The notes: generated by a model from the letters alone, not told the origin. 63,336 nucleotides of DNA, filler included, from Choristocarpus tenellus KU-1152 (GCA_964200185.2; 9 parts of 9 records of this genome joined end to end with filler, not necessarily neighbours in it), one strand, 5' to 3'. Numbered from the whole stretch's first letter, positions 40,301-53,493 are shown. Translations and numbers: made by a program.

Positions 40301-43149
40301 GAATGCTTGGAGTACTAAAACGACTACGTGGATATGAGCAGGTGAGAGTACACTTCTCCATGCTTGGGATTTTCTTCTACTTCTCACCCCTCGCTACTGT
40401 ACAATGGCAACCAGTAGTAATATCCTACTTCCATACCCCTTGCACGACCTTGAGGGTAAAAGAATACACCACTTACAGGAATTGTAACAAACCCCTTGCC
40501 ACATTCAAATGTTTGCACCCAGCTCTTGATTTACAGGGACATATCACAATGTGGTATGAATACCAATCCGGACACATCCACCAAAGGTATACATAAAATT
40601 TGAGTAAAATATCAAATCCCATTCCTCTTGCTGTTCCTAAATTATCTTGGGGCTCAGTACTTGCATCCTTGACACCTCAGAAAAATGTAGCATATCTTGT
40701 TGGATAGGTTTTTCAAGGATATAGAGGTTAAGGGGTGTGCAGTGGTCCCCCAAGTTTGACTAATCATAGGCTGGATAGTTTGAAGGGGTGCACCATTGAA
40801 ACACCATAGCATGGGAGGGGTACGACAGAGCAGTAAGAGAAGATGTGTTGTGGAATAGCAATCTACTTGTAGGCAAGTCAATGTATCTTAGAGGGTAGGG
40901 CTGCATCCATTTAGAGTCCAAAATCCAATGGTGCGATTTTGATGTAATTTTGGCCATCGTTTTTATTAGGAAGTGTCAATATCCTTTTTCCGAACACACC
41001 TTTTCATAATGTATAGATCTTACCTACTCCGAAACATTTTGGAGTAGGAAAAAGTCATAAAAAAACCCGTGGGAAGCCAAGCCCCAAGTGGACAAACAGG
41101 GCAAAACTCGTACCCTCTGAGATATTTTCACTCAGGCATTAGAACTAGGTCTTAGAACAAGACAAAACAAACTGATGATATTGGAAAGGAAGACTAAATA
41201 GAGTGTGACAGTCATTATCAAAAGTAGGACTCTATTCTACTTGGATACCAAAACGTTCGTGCTTTATTTAAATATGTCAAGGAAATATTGCACACATATG
41301 GAATAAGTCAAGAGCATTGAGTGAGTGACCCGTGTGTGTTTTATTTCGGTCAACAAAACAACCTAACAACATTAGTCCCCTTTTCCTACTCACATGATCT
41401 CTTGTGTCCAACCTAGACTACAACAACCCACCTGTTCATGCTACCGTCTCCCTACCTACAACCACGCATCCATTGTGACCGCACCTTTTTACTTCTCGAT
41501 TGACAATACAGTCCGGCTTCCGCAAGTACAAAAACCTTCAAAGTGGTTCGGTTGAGGAACTGTGCAAAAAGGATATAGCGCTTCTGAGTGACCTGGATCA
41601 TATCCTGGGAGAAGTCATCAGTTGGGATCACACCAAGGGTGTTCAAGACGGACTGGACACATCCTCTGCCCCAGCAGCATCTACCTTTGCACCAACTACT
41701 TCATCACTCACTCACTCACCTGTCCCAAATGAGTTGCGGCAACTACATCTGGAAGAGGTCGGTGACCAGGCACAACAAGAAAGATGGATGAGAAGACTAC
41801 ATCACAACTTCCCATGCAATCTTTTGATGAAATGCTTCGTCTTACAGGATACTATGTAGTAGTATCAATAAAGAAGCTTGGCAATTGGAGAACCTCAGTA
41901 AGCTTATTTATTCCACACCTCTTCCATCTACTGTACATCTTGCTTCTTCTACCCTCGGGAGTTGCACAACTTCCCTTCTCCCACACGTCCCTATTGTTTG
42001 AAGCACACCAATACTTGTTATCCCAACCACCTTGAATGCACTTCTTCTGTACCCACCCATGGAGTCCAGGACCACTCTTGTGACCAGAGACAACAGCCTG
42101 CATCACCCAATGTTGTGGGTCGCAATACCTTGGGTCGTACACCCATCATGCCTTTGTCGGGACAAGATAAGCTTCGCTCAAGCCTCCCTTCAAACCCTGG
42201 ATTTGGGACTGTGATGGAGGGAGAAGATTCACAAGACAAGGCTCTAAGAATGTGCTTCGGGGGCGATCAGGGAGGAGGTACATACAATATATACATGGGT
42301 AGCAGCCCGAGCAATATTTTTCCGAATTCAAAAATGAACAGTACCGAGGTTGGCTGTTTGGTTGGTAATAACTCCTACAGTTTTGGGAGAAAGGGGAGTG
42401 GACAGGAGAACGTGGAAACAGAGAGTTCTGTTGGATTTGATCGACCGCATCGGTGGCGACAAAGGACCTTGAAATGCCGAACATCTGAGGAACAACAACA
42501 ACACCAGAAAGAATATTCCTTATCATCAAAAGTCGACATCCTATCTGACACTGATTCCGTAAGTACTGTGGAAGAGAAACTTACTGATGAAGAGAGACTT
42601 CGGATACTATGCCATGTGAATCCAGCGATCTTTGGGGAGAGGACCTTTGAAGCTAGTAGAAGAGGCAAATCTTTGCCTGGTGGCACTCACATGAACATGC
42701 GCCCAAGGTCTGCAGCAGCTGGACTCCCTAAGTGGAATGTTAAAGATGAGAAGAGATGGAAACATTCAGGCAGAGGCATTGCTGGGGGTCGACCATATTC
42801 TTCTGTACAGTCAAGAAGGAGAGTGAGGAAGACAACTGGTCACCGTGGGTGGAGAGGACCTCACAGCAGGGATAGGCTACCTTTGTTCCACTGCTATGAT
42901 GGTAACGTCATAGTTGACAAAATGCGAGGTCAAACACAGTCAGATGAGGCAAATGAGGTAGGAAATAATGCCAGGACACCAGGCAGCTCCATTGGACCTC
43001 GGAAAGTCATCAAGAAACAAGGAATATATGGTGGCCAAGGAAAAGCTGCGTCTCTTGCTTGTGGTGTTGCGTTCGAAGTGAATTTACTTGAGACTCTCTC
43101 TAGCACCACTCTGTCAAAAGACTTCACTCATAGAATATCTGACTTGTAG
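34324..43149 (+). CDS. Large uncharacterised, mostly low-complexity protein; multi-exon, 5' end missing
   Basis: Phase-compatible candidate exons 34324-34955, 35593-35677, about 36404-36634, 37403-37498, 38821-38847 (approximate), 39473-39667, 39832-40341, 41512 to about 41757, and 41962-43149 (stop). Contains an IQ-like segment AAGIIKRSLLARRRKK and several RPxS/TA motifs. The junction at 41758-41961 is uncertain. Confidence 0.65.
36167..36238. repeat. 16-bp minisatellite, about 4.5 copies
   Basis: Unit GAGTAGTATTGGTACT repeated in tandem within an intron. Confidence 0.85.
36873..37130 (+). mobile_element. MITE family C copy
   Basis: TIR GAGTTGAAGTAAACAAGAGGTACCC...GGGTACCTCTCATTCACTTTGGCTC; flanks ATT/ATT; body similar to 62986-63248. 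Confidence 0.75.
38025..38064 (-). mobile_element. SINE head fragment (same family as 9922-10446)
   Basis: Reverse complement reads TATCTGCTCGGTAGCTCAGGGGTTTACTAGTGTTTCAAC. Confidence 0.7.
38529..38784 (+). mobile_element. MITE family A copy
   Basis: Intact TIRs; flanks GCTG/ACTG. Confidence 0.9.
40875..41133 (+). mobile_element. MITE family A copy
   Basis: Near-intact TIRs; perfect TSD AGGC/AGGC. Confidence 0.92.
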
Positions 43150-43308
43150 TTGATCGGCTACACCCGAGGGAGGAGAAAAAGAGCGTTGGCAATATTTACA
43201 GCACAGAATCTGCTGCTGGATAATGTTGAATATTTGTGTAACTGAAGAAGGTCGAAAGCCTCTTCCATAATTTACTGAGGTTTCACACCCATTTCTGCTT
43301 ATTCGTGA

Positions 43309-43519
43309 GAGTCAAAGCATATTAGAGATAGGGCCGCCTCTGTTTGGGGCCAAAATCCAATGTTGCGATTTTGATGGAATTTTGCCTATTTATCCTGTTT
43401 GTTAGGAAGTGTCAGTATCTATGTCCTGGACACACTAATTCATAATGTATACATTTTACCCACTCCGAAACATTTTGGATAAACAAGGCAAATTTGTACC
43501 CTCTAAGATACTTCAACTC
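43309..43519 (+). mobile_element. MITE family A copy with an internal deletion
   Basis: Both ends are present; about 45 bp after the hairpin are missing; flanks GTGA/TTGA. Confidence 0.85.
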
Positions 43520-43599
43520 TTGACATTTATTCTGCCAAGCCAGTAGAGTTCTGTCCTGGTAAAAAACAAAAAATAGAAGTCCTGATTGTACGAACACCT

Positions 43600-46500
43600 A
43601 ATATCGCACGGGAAGGCGCTGTAGTAGCGACAAGAAGGGCATCAACACCAATAAATGATAAACATGAGGTTGATACACAACCCCACCAGTTACTGGGTAC
43701 AATAATGATGCACTCTTCTAGAAACCAATGCCATGTATATGTGAGGCACATAAATGCTGTAATGTAAAAAGAGATTGGAGTAGTACTTGTCAGATACATA
43801 GGATTTCTGTTATTTTATCGGCAACTGAACAAAAACGACCCAATTAATTTCACTGATCCCTGGTGACGCAGCTGAGCAAGAAAAGGTACGGTGTGTTCTA
43901 TTTTATGGAATTTGTAACTTGCAAAATATTTATACGTCAAGTAAATATTTTCTCTATCCGGGCAGTTATTGGAGGTAGTACTTGTTCCCATAGCATGTCA
44001 TACTATGTTCTGGAAGTCGCCCTGGAAGTTGTGGAAGGACAACTCGTTCATGAGGATTGTGAGACTGCCAGTCAGTATCCATGGCCCACCCAGTAGTTCT
44101 GCCTTCACATGGTGTTCACTATTCCCCTTGTCTGGTCGATGCTTTTCGTGATGCCAACCTCGTAGAGAAGAATTGAAGATGGATGCAGTTGTGTAATGAA
44201 AGTGGCACAAAATGAGGGTGTACAGAAATGATGAGACTGACTGCGTTGTTCCCAAAGTCATTTGTGATGAAATCGAATAGTGAGGGCTCATCGTATGATG
44301 ATACATAGGAGGGTACGCTGTGAAAGAGTAACATGTGGAGGATTCAAAGTAGTAATGGGATGGGTACTGGGCAATAGGCACCCTTTGAATAAAGGGTCCT
44401 ATCAAAAGGGTTAGTCATAACTTTTACACGGCTTTAGGTACACAACCTGGGATATTCCCTCGCATTAAAATATTGGTATCCATAACAGATAAGGCGACTT
44501 TCCTTGTCCTTATTGAATATTGAACCACGATTCGACTTGAGTTGTTTTCTAGGACCACAATAAAAGTTGAGATCTTGTGAAAGGAAACAATTATGCGGTG
44601 TGTGGGTATCTGTTACAGCATGCCCCACTAGAACTCACCACCACGGGATATGCAACTCAAATCCAACGACCTTGAAACGACGCTATGCAGGGGTTCACAG
44701 ATGATGACCATGTATAGTGTCAGTTGATGCTTAGCTCAGTCGATGTCTCGCTTTTCGCTTTATCAAAAGAGGGTAAGGATCAAAGAACTACGCATGTGGT
44801 CAAGACTCAGCCTTTTATTAACATCTTTCATCGTTTTTCTACAGCTAAAGAGTTAAAATGAAGTCTGCAAACTGCTGTGAAAATACTCCAAATCATAAAT
44901 CTTTATTCTGCAACTTTCAGGAATTGACATCTATTCTGTAAGATTAAGTATGCATTTCAAATCTTACTCTGCATCTTCTATCAATTCAAAGTTCCTCTTA
45001 CATGATTTCTTACGTATGTATACTATTCGCGCTATTCGCCTGTAACATATCAACCCATATGTTAGTATTCTTTGCATGGAATTCATCCATTAAGTTGCTC
45101 AATAATGGTTGTTTGCTTTGCCCAGCGATTCTCTTGTGTATATGTGTGCCTATAATGTCACCGCAACCATTTGTTCTTGATACTAATTTAATGGTGTACG
45201 CCCCAAACCCTACAACAAACCTGGACAAAAAAGGAGGACGTGTCATTTATAGCCAGGAAAAATGGGTCGAGGATTACAGGTGACACATCCAGAATTGATG
45301 CATTGCTCTAGCAGTTAGACAAGTTGTACGTTGTAATGTCAACAGCAAATTCAGTAAGTCAACTATAATGCACTACAAAATTGGGGGAGAGGAGCATAGC
45401 ACACTGGGCAGGTCATGAAGTTGTGTCACCTGCACTTGTGGCTGTATTGCAGAGATCAAGGAGCACCATATATAATGAGTAAACATGAGTTCTTGAAGTA
45501 CCAGTGCTTGTTATGAAAGGGGTTCCCATATGCCACATTTGACGTCGAGCAAGTACAGGGAAGGGGACATAAACTCATGATTTCTTCACATAAATAATGA
45601 GTTTCTATGGCATTTTTTTTCTTCGGGGCAGGAAAAGGTGGTAGGGGTGGGACTTATCTTCTGCTCACACCAACAAAAGAATAGTAAAGTAATAGTACTT
45701 CACAACATGTAAGGGCACTCTTCACTTTTCAAAATCTATTTGCTGTGGTACATTCCAAGGAAACATTCATTCAACATATATTTCATGTTCTATTCTCCAA
45801 TCGAGGACTGTACAGGAAAATCATCCTAGATCTCATTTCAGACCCGACAACATCTGGTGCTATCACAGAGCAAGAAAAACTTTTTGATAATTGCGATCAT
45901 GCCCGAGAAAGACGATCCACAGCGCAGCATTAATGTCAAGTCCATCAGGAAAAAAAAGTCCAGGAAGGCATTAAGACCTGCCTTACTCTTGTCTCTGGTA
46001 TATGTTGTATGAAAGTCTTGAGGAGCCATTGAAGATCGATGAATGACACATTCCACAACTGCTTCATGCTGACTTTCTTCATTTCTTGACTGCAGGAGAG
46101 AGGAGAAAGAAGTGAAATGTAGGGTTGGTGCAAGGTGTGTTGAAACTTCTCTACAGAAGTTACTTGGTATAGAAATCATACTTCTTGAGAAAGCGTATCA
46201 TCCATACAATGAAAATGGGACAAAGCACAGTGGTACCTATTATTAAATTGAAACGTAATGGGTGAGATCACACCATAGGATGTCTGGAGGGTCCTTGTAG
46301 ACCAAATTGTTTACTACCAGGTTATTTCAAACAATATACAGGCATCTACACAGCAATTGCCAGGTTTCAGCTCTTCATTCGAATCCATTCCAACGGTACA
46401 CGTGGCAATCAAAATGACTCCGTGCAAATGCCCAATTATCTCTGCTCCCAAACCCGAAAAACGCTGAAAAATCTAGAACATGGTGACATGTCTCATGACT

Positions 46501-47740
46501 CTACTATTAATCAGCTAAGGATTTCATGTTGATGGTTGAACCATCTAACAAGTCTCAACGATTCCTCCTCACATAAAATGCCAACAAGCAAATACCTTAA
46601 GCATATTATTTATTATACAAATGGTAAATTTCCCAGCGCCAAACTGGAAGAGCAAACCAGCCTCACAAAGGGAAAGACTCAAGTTCAACTGTGGGCTGAA
46701 TTGTTGGGCTGAATTGTTGAAATCACACCAGTACCAGAATAGCTTGCCTGTTAGTAGATAAATAGACGGGCAGGCTCGAGTTGATATGGAGCTCCTTGGC
46801 GGCGTATGACATACTTCTAGAGTAGGAAAACACAACCGTCTCAGGTGCCTCCATATAAGTGTACCTATGCACATTTGGATCGAATGACTTGGAGGTTTCC
46901 CCATCAGATGTTCTTATATGCCACCCAGCATAGGAAGTGGAAGTAATGGAAAAGGGACAATGAATGTCCATTGCCTGCACCATGTTGGGACTAGTGGGAG
47001 GATGGTTTCAAGCAAGTATGCAGGGTACCAAACAAGACAATTGAGTCCGTAATGTCAGTAGATCAACTCCCTCCCCTCAGAATGTGCGCATGCGAGAGCA
47101 TGTTTGTTTTCTTGGTCTTCAAAGGTTCAACGTATATTTGGGGGGAGGAGAGGAGGTCTACACCCGGGTGTCCATTCACAGGCCCTACACAGGAGAACTA
47201 CACTTACATTATCCATCCAATAAATGCAACGAAATCACCCAATAATCGTGACATGGAAAAATAGGCCCCGAATGGACAGCCGCCACCCCCTCCAAGATTC
47301 TTCGAGTCAAATGTAAACACTCCAAGCCTTTACATTTTGTTTCAAATCTCCGAGTGTATATAGTATGGTGTACGTTGCCTATTAGAATATGGTGAGAAAA
47401 CTCCCTCAAGATGCCGCATGGCATTGAGGGTAATAGAATTGTTAGATATGCACCTGCGGTTAAAAAGCATGTTCCATGCACACGGCTGTACTGAGAGTGA
47501 AGGAAGTTTTGCATGGAGCACAGCAAAGAATTTCCGTAAGGATGTGACCTCCTTTTCCACCTTAGTAACTAGACGTGATGGATCAATGTCATCGACTTCT
47601 ACTGCCTCTGCCACTCTAGCAAGCTGTGTTGAATTGAGGAGTACCAGACCATCACCAAACCGCAAGACATGCCGTTCACCCTGTTCTCCTTCACCTAGTA
47701 CACAATCAGAATTGATAGAAGAGGGAAAGGTGTTCTAGGA
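43600..47740 (-). pseudogene. Degenerate coding-like island, product unknown
   Basis: Chain of short minus-strand ORFs in alternating frames (47342-47665, 46723-46983, 45838-46179, 45010-45246, 44119-44334) with no recognisable domain. Confidence 0.25.
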
Positions 47741-47951
47741 TATGAGTCAACAGTATTTCTAGGAAGTTGGTGTGCATTTCATGCACCAATTTCGAGAATG
47801 GATGCTGTCATCGAAAGGCTTGCCTTTGCTAGGAACTATGAATATATACCAAAAAATTCAAACATCTTACAATAAAAAATAACAATAGAGAGCATCTCAA
47901 CAAGTCTCTCCCTCTTCACAACTATCAGCAAAAATAAATACAGGCACAAAA

Positions 47952-48051
47952 NNNNNNNNNNNNNNNNNNNNNNNNNNNNNNNNNNNNNNNNNNNNTTAAT
48001 TAATTAANNNNNNNNNNNNNNNNNNNNNNNNNNNNNNNNNNNNNNNNNNNN
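47952..48051. other. Artificial contig spacer
   Basis: N44-TTAATTAATTAA-N44. Confidence 0.97.
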
Positions 48052-48169
48052 ACCAAAAAAAAACAAGGACGTTAGAAAAAAACGACTCGCCCATGCAAAT
48101 AACTCTACCGCCACACCATCCCCCCCCCCCCCATCCCCTATCACCACACCAAGCCCCTCTCCAACTCAC

Positions 48170-48721
48170 CTCATCCCCAATATAACCGGGATCCTCATCA
48201 CCCCTTCCGGTGCCCCCCTTCCCTCCTGCTTTGACAGCGTTCCTCCTCCTCCCTGAACCGCCCCTAGCACCCTTAGCCGAAGCGTTCTCGAAGAAGTCAA
48301 GCATTGAAGAGGTGAATCGATCCATGAGGGAGACCCCAATTAATGGGTCCGCCTGTTCTTCATTACAGGGGAGGGGGGGGGGGGGGGGGGATTAGGTAAA
48401 CTGAATTTCGACAGATAAATCGGACCAAGTCTGTAGCATACGCAGCAAAGTAAACCTTTCAAACCATGCAAGGAGTGAATGCGGTCTGCTCAAAACAGAA
48501 TTCAAAGGCCGGGATGTAGAGGTAGTAAAGAAAAAGAAAAAGGCTCGAGGCGGGACCCCGAAGGCACTTTGCTTACATTCGGAAGGAACCAGTAGGTACA
48601 ATACATCGATTTGCACAGTTACTAGGCTGGCCTTTTTTTGGCATCCTTTTTTTCTTGGAGGAGGTAAAAAAAATTGCAGCTTGTACGCATCGCAGGAAAT
48701 GCTTTCCAAATCTTATCGACA

Positions 48722-48766
<45 letters not shown>

Positions 48767-51700
48767 GTGCATTGCGGAAAATAATCAGAATCCTGTCATT
48801 CTGCAGGTATACCTTTTGTTCGCAGGGCGCAGGGGAGTCCTAGCAGGGTTGCACGCGATATACGGTTCGAAGTTGAAGAACCGTCCATGTCTACTTTAGG
48901 CCTGTCCAATCGGGGATGGGAGCATCACCTCTCTCAGCCCGACAATGTCCATTGAAGCAATGGATTCCTTCCACGCGATACCCGGGAACTGAGTACAGCG
49001 CTCCACAGTCTCAGATTTGCACAGTTCAGTGTCATTCACAAGAATCGCATCGTCGATCACCATTGGGGTTCCGAGGACTCAACTCTTCCACAACCTGGAC
49101 GAAATATGGTCAAGCAAAAGCCCGCCCGCTAGCCAGCCCGCCCTCACTCACTACCTACCTACCTACCTACCTACCCACCTACCTACCTACCTACCTACCT
49201 ACCTACCTACCTACCATCGAATGCTGAGCGAGCGGTGCATTGTAAGCATCAGAAACCCCCCTCTCGTTCCGAAAGTGTACGCTTCTGGTCTGCGGGAAAA
49301 GGTCCTCACAGTTGCACAGTGGCCGCCTAGAAGGTGTGAGGGGGTTGGTTCGGGGATTGACTTAACTGGGTTGGGAATAATCTCGACCTGACGGTGACCA
49401 ATGAAGCGACAGTTACTTTCAAGCGGCACCGGGAAATTGCACACGGCGTCCAAATACCTCAGATTTGCACGGTACAATTGGATGAAAGAGTCAAGAGTCG
49501 ACTGACAGGGTAGGTAGGTAAGCAAGGGTTGTTGCATTTTAGGTTGTTGTTTTTTTAATCCCAAGAAGGCGCAAGAAGACGCAATTTTGTACAATTGCAG
49601 ACAAGAGCCTTTTCTTCGTTGTGGCGTCACTCTTAGTGTGGAAAGGGGTAGTATCAACCTTGCGTGCACTGTTGTTGGGCACATAAAGCAATGAAATAGA
49701 GCGTGTTGGCACAGGTTTAAAAAAGATGGTTTAGAAAAAGCAAAGGGGGTCCAAACTTGCCTACCTCTCAATTGGTTTGCATCTCAAGAGACCCGGCACA
49801 GGGGTATATGCACAATCCATTGGTGCTCTCAGGACTTGGACTTTGCAACAGGCTGAATGAATGGGAAAATAAACTCAGATTAAATGTGGGCAAGAGAGAC
49901 CGGAAGCATGGAAGGGGAAGAAGTCAACGGCTGAGTTGCTACCCTCAAGTGGAACTGCCAAATGTGCCCAGATGAAGTTGTTGGAGCTGAACACAAACGA
50001 GGAAGGTAAACTGAGTGAGGAGAACCTCATCGCTCCTCCTGGGACTGAGGATGATATCTCATCAGCGTTACAGATTGGGGAGGATGTAGACAAAGAGTTT
50101 GATGTAGAAGTGGCAGTCTGTATTGAGATTCAAAGAATTTTTGAGTCGGTGGGAGCTCAAAACACTTCAATGCTTCAGTTTCTCGGTGACACAAGGCCTG
50201 GAAGGTCAGTCCCACATAGCAACATGCAAGGATACACATAACATCTATTGTCTGTCATGCCCGGAATGCACCAAATATCTGTGCTCTCTTACCTTCTCAT
50301 GCCTTCTACACCAAACACTTCAAAATACTTCACCACTATTCTGACAGTAAATGTAATAATTCTCAAGTCCTGTATCACTCCCCAACAGTCCCACCAATAC
50401 TGACAGAGGTGTGTCAACATACACTCTCTGGCAGTACATGCTTGCTCATAAAAGAAACTAAAATATTTTTTACTACTCCCAGCGATATTGTCATTTCCAC
50501 TCCATACCAGCACTCCCAAATAATCTAAAATAACTTTATCCCATGTGCTTGGTACCTACCGAAATTCAATTTTCCGCTTATACCATCAGGTGCCCCTCTC
50601 CCTCAGCTTTACTTTAACCAGGTATATTTTTTATCCGGTTTGAGTTAGATTTCCAAAAGTAATTACTACATTCGGACCTACAGATATCGAACTTGTGGAG
50701 GAAAGTACTGGAGAAAAATAATTGGAGAATGTGGGTATCGATCCCACTACTTCTTCCATGCTAAGGAAGCGCTCTACCATTTGAGCTAATCCCCCACTTG
50801 GTATTATTAGTCATCATACGAGTTTATAAAATGAGGTAATTCTCAGATACTTTACTTACGTATAGTATAGTATGGGTTGTGTATATATTTAGAAGCAATT
50901 TAGACGTACACCTCGGAAAAACCAATATATGCATCATTACTGTAGAATTATTAGAATTATTACTTTGAAATGTTTCTTGTCACGCAGTAAATTGAAGGGT
51001 GGCTTTGATCTTTCGTACTTAAGCTGGTGCGAATTGGTACGTGTACTTGGACTCATTCTTGTTGAAGTCGAGTCTTCTTCCCATTTTTTTTCTTGTGCAT
51101 TTGTTCATTCATTGCTGCTTGGACAAGATCGGGTGTACCGCAACATGCCTGAGAGCATATATATATATACGCGCACATTCTAACTCTCGTGAACTATAGA
51201 TACGACTCAATCAATACAAGGTTGATCGAAACTGAAGAACTTGGGGGAAAAAATCGATACTTTCTCGCGCGTATGCGCGCCGCCCTTTTGCTCGAAAAGC
51301 TACGTGGCGCTTGGCAACTATTATCAAATGCAAGTGATTTTTCCAGGTCGATCTAAATCGTACTCATCATCTTTGGTTTTGAGTCATAATAACAATAACA
51401 AAGTAATTTCGCAAGTGCACACCAATAGAGTTGAAACAATATTTTGGGCAGATACTTCAAATGATTATAGACGCTGCCCCCTTCTTGTACACCCCCAACA
51501 TAAGCCCCCCTGCGATTAGGGTAAAGGGAACAAGCTAGAGAGTACCTATCTATATCTAGATACTTAAAATATTCACACACGGTGTGAAAAACACACCTCT
51601 GATTGGTTGGTCCATCGCGTTTCGTATTTCGGGCGGATACATCTTTTTTCGAAGAGAACCCAAGGATTAACATATTAGTAGTACAAAAAAAAAAGAGGTA

Positions 51701-52181
51701 TACATAGATATCCAACCTTACAACAACAACAAAAAACTCTCTGCAGTGCTCACAATCGCATCCCACACACAAAAAAAAACCCGATGAAGTAAACCCCTTC
51801 CTCATACAAGATAACAAGACCACCCTGTCTCATCCCAAACTCTTTGTACACATCCACATCCGCTACACCTGTGTAGTCCTTACAACGAAAGCACTCCAGG
51901 AACAACTCCATTCTTCATGTATGGAGAACTCAGGGAAAGAAGTCCAACGCATGATGTGTGAAGCAGCCTTCACGGCATCAGAATAGGCGGGGTGTGTGAA
52001 GATAGGCCAGAGGAGATCATTGCCATCACCATTGATTCATTCCTGCAAATCACTCACCCCTCTGGCATATGAATTCTCCCCTCTAAGACTGCTCCCAATG
52101 CACAGCACTTCAGAGGACGATACCTCCTCGAACAACGTGCTGGCCTGGCAGGTGTCCACCGCGAACAGGACCTCCACATAC
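48170..52181 (-). CDS. PIGK: GPI-anchor transamidase catalytic subunit PIG-K/GPI8 (peptidase C13), two internal exons
   Basis: Exon about 52181-52058 reads [41 protein letters not shown], with the catalytic Cys motif DTCQA. It splices in phase 0 to exon 48352-48170, [23 protein letters not shown]..., matching the PIG-K DPxIGVxxxDRxT motif. Both donors are GTGAGT. Confidence 0.88.
48724..48763. repeat. (AT)n microsatellite
   Basis: Uninterrupted AT run. Confidence 0.92.
49150..49215. repeat. (CTAC)n tetranucleotide microsatellite
   Basis: About 16 CTAC units with one interruption. Confidence 0.92.
49495..49783 (+). mobile_element. MITE family B copy
   Basis: Family B body; right TIR CTTGCCTACCTCTCAATTGGTTTGCATC; perfect TSD TCAA/TCAA. 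Confidence 0.8.
50723..50795 (-). tRNA. tRNA-Ala (anticodon AGC)
   Basis: GGGGGATTAGCTCAAATGGTAGAGCGCTTCCTTAGCATGGAAGAAGTAGTGGGATCGATACCCACATTCTCCA folds into a full cloverleaf with the G3:U70 Ala identity pair and anticodon arm CTTCC-TTAGCAT-GGAAG. A T5 Pol III terminator follows just downstream. Confidence 0.96.
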
Positions 52182-52302
52182 ATGCATAATATTTGTATTT
52201 AAAATGACAAAAAGAGGTGCACATACACGCATACATACACCCCCCCCCCAAAAAAAACGGGGGGTTAATTAAGTAGGGTGACACAGAGTGGTACTGCTTT
52301 CA

Positions 52303-52402
52303 NNNNNNNNNNNNNNNNNNNNNNNNNNNNNNNNNNNNNNNNNNNNTTAATTAATTAANNNNNNNNNNNNNNNNNNNNNNNNNNNNNNNNNNNNNNNNNN
52401 NN
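52303..52402. other. Artificial contig spacer
   Basis: N44-TTAATTAATTAA-N44. Confidence 0.97.
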
Positions 52403-53493
52403 ATATATAGTTTTCATTGGTTTCCCCCCTGACACATCTGCAAAATGTCAGAGGGCATAATAATAATAATATATACTTGATCAGCACAGATAACGTAAGG
52501 ATAACACTAGGTTATTCGACAAAGTGGGGAACTGAGGAAGTGGGGAGGATCACGATTTGGATGGGTTTCGGAAAAGAAACCGTCCAGAGATAGAAGATCC
52601 GTCTTCAGAAAACCGTGCTCATAAAGAGACGTTGCAGGAAGACACGGAAATCTATCACTCCTAATATCCTCCACATAGTCCAACCGAAGTTCTCGCAACA
52701 CAACCTCAATCGATTTAACGGTGTATGACGTACGGCAATAACGGTATAACAACAGATAAACATGCTTTTCGCATACATAGATGTTACAATATTATGCCGA
52801 CTTTAATTTATTGTGGTAATCCTTGTGGTTCTCTTCTTTTATGTCGCTTCTTCCTTCCGAAGTAACAGTCCCCAGAGTTTTATTTCATATGTGTGGACCG
52901 TCAGGAAGCAAAGAGCAGTCCCTCATTTCATGTGCTACTACAGTGACAGCTTCACACTCACATAGGTAATGGAGTGCTTAAGAACAATTCATCTGAACTA
53001 GCAACAGGACTAAGCCCCCGGGGTCCCGTCCAATTTGACATGAAAATGTATCACGTTTCTACAGGGTGACCCTTGCAGGATTAAAATCTTCATGTTAATA
53101 TTGAAAAGACAGTAAAATTATCTTGTTAAAAAAATAAGTCATCAAAATATTGGATACTTTACACCCGAAACTTAATGTAACGAGAGCAGGTCACTCAAAT
53201 TGCTAATCTACATCCTGTAAACCATATTTTTCGAGCAGCATCACTAGAATAATCCGGTGGTGGAATCCTCGCTGCCTTGGAGGGAGAGATCCTTCCAGCC
53301 TTCAGATCTACCCAGGCCAAGCTATCTATTGCGTTGGCTTCTTAGCCTACTCTAACCATGCAATACCTGACTGGCAACTGCTGCTCGACCTCACATACAC
53401 TAAGTACAGCATATGATTAATCATGTGTCCATCGCCGATCAAAAGAGGGAGTTGCCCTTACTTATGCCATGTCTTGTCTTCCCCTGGGTGATA

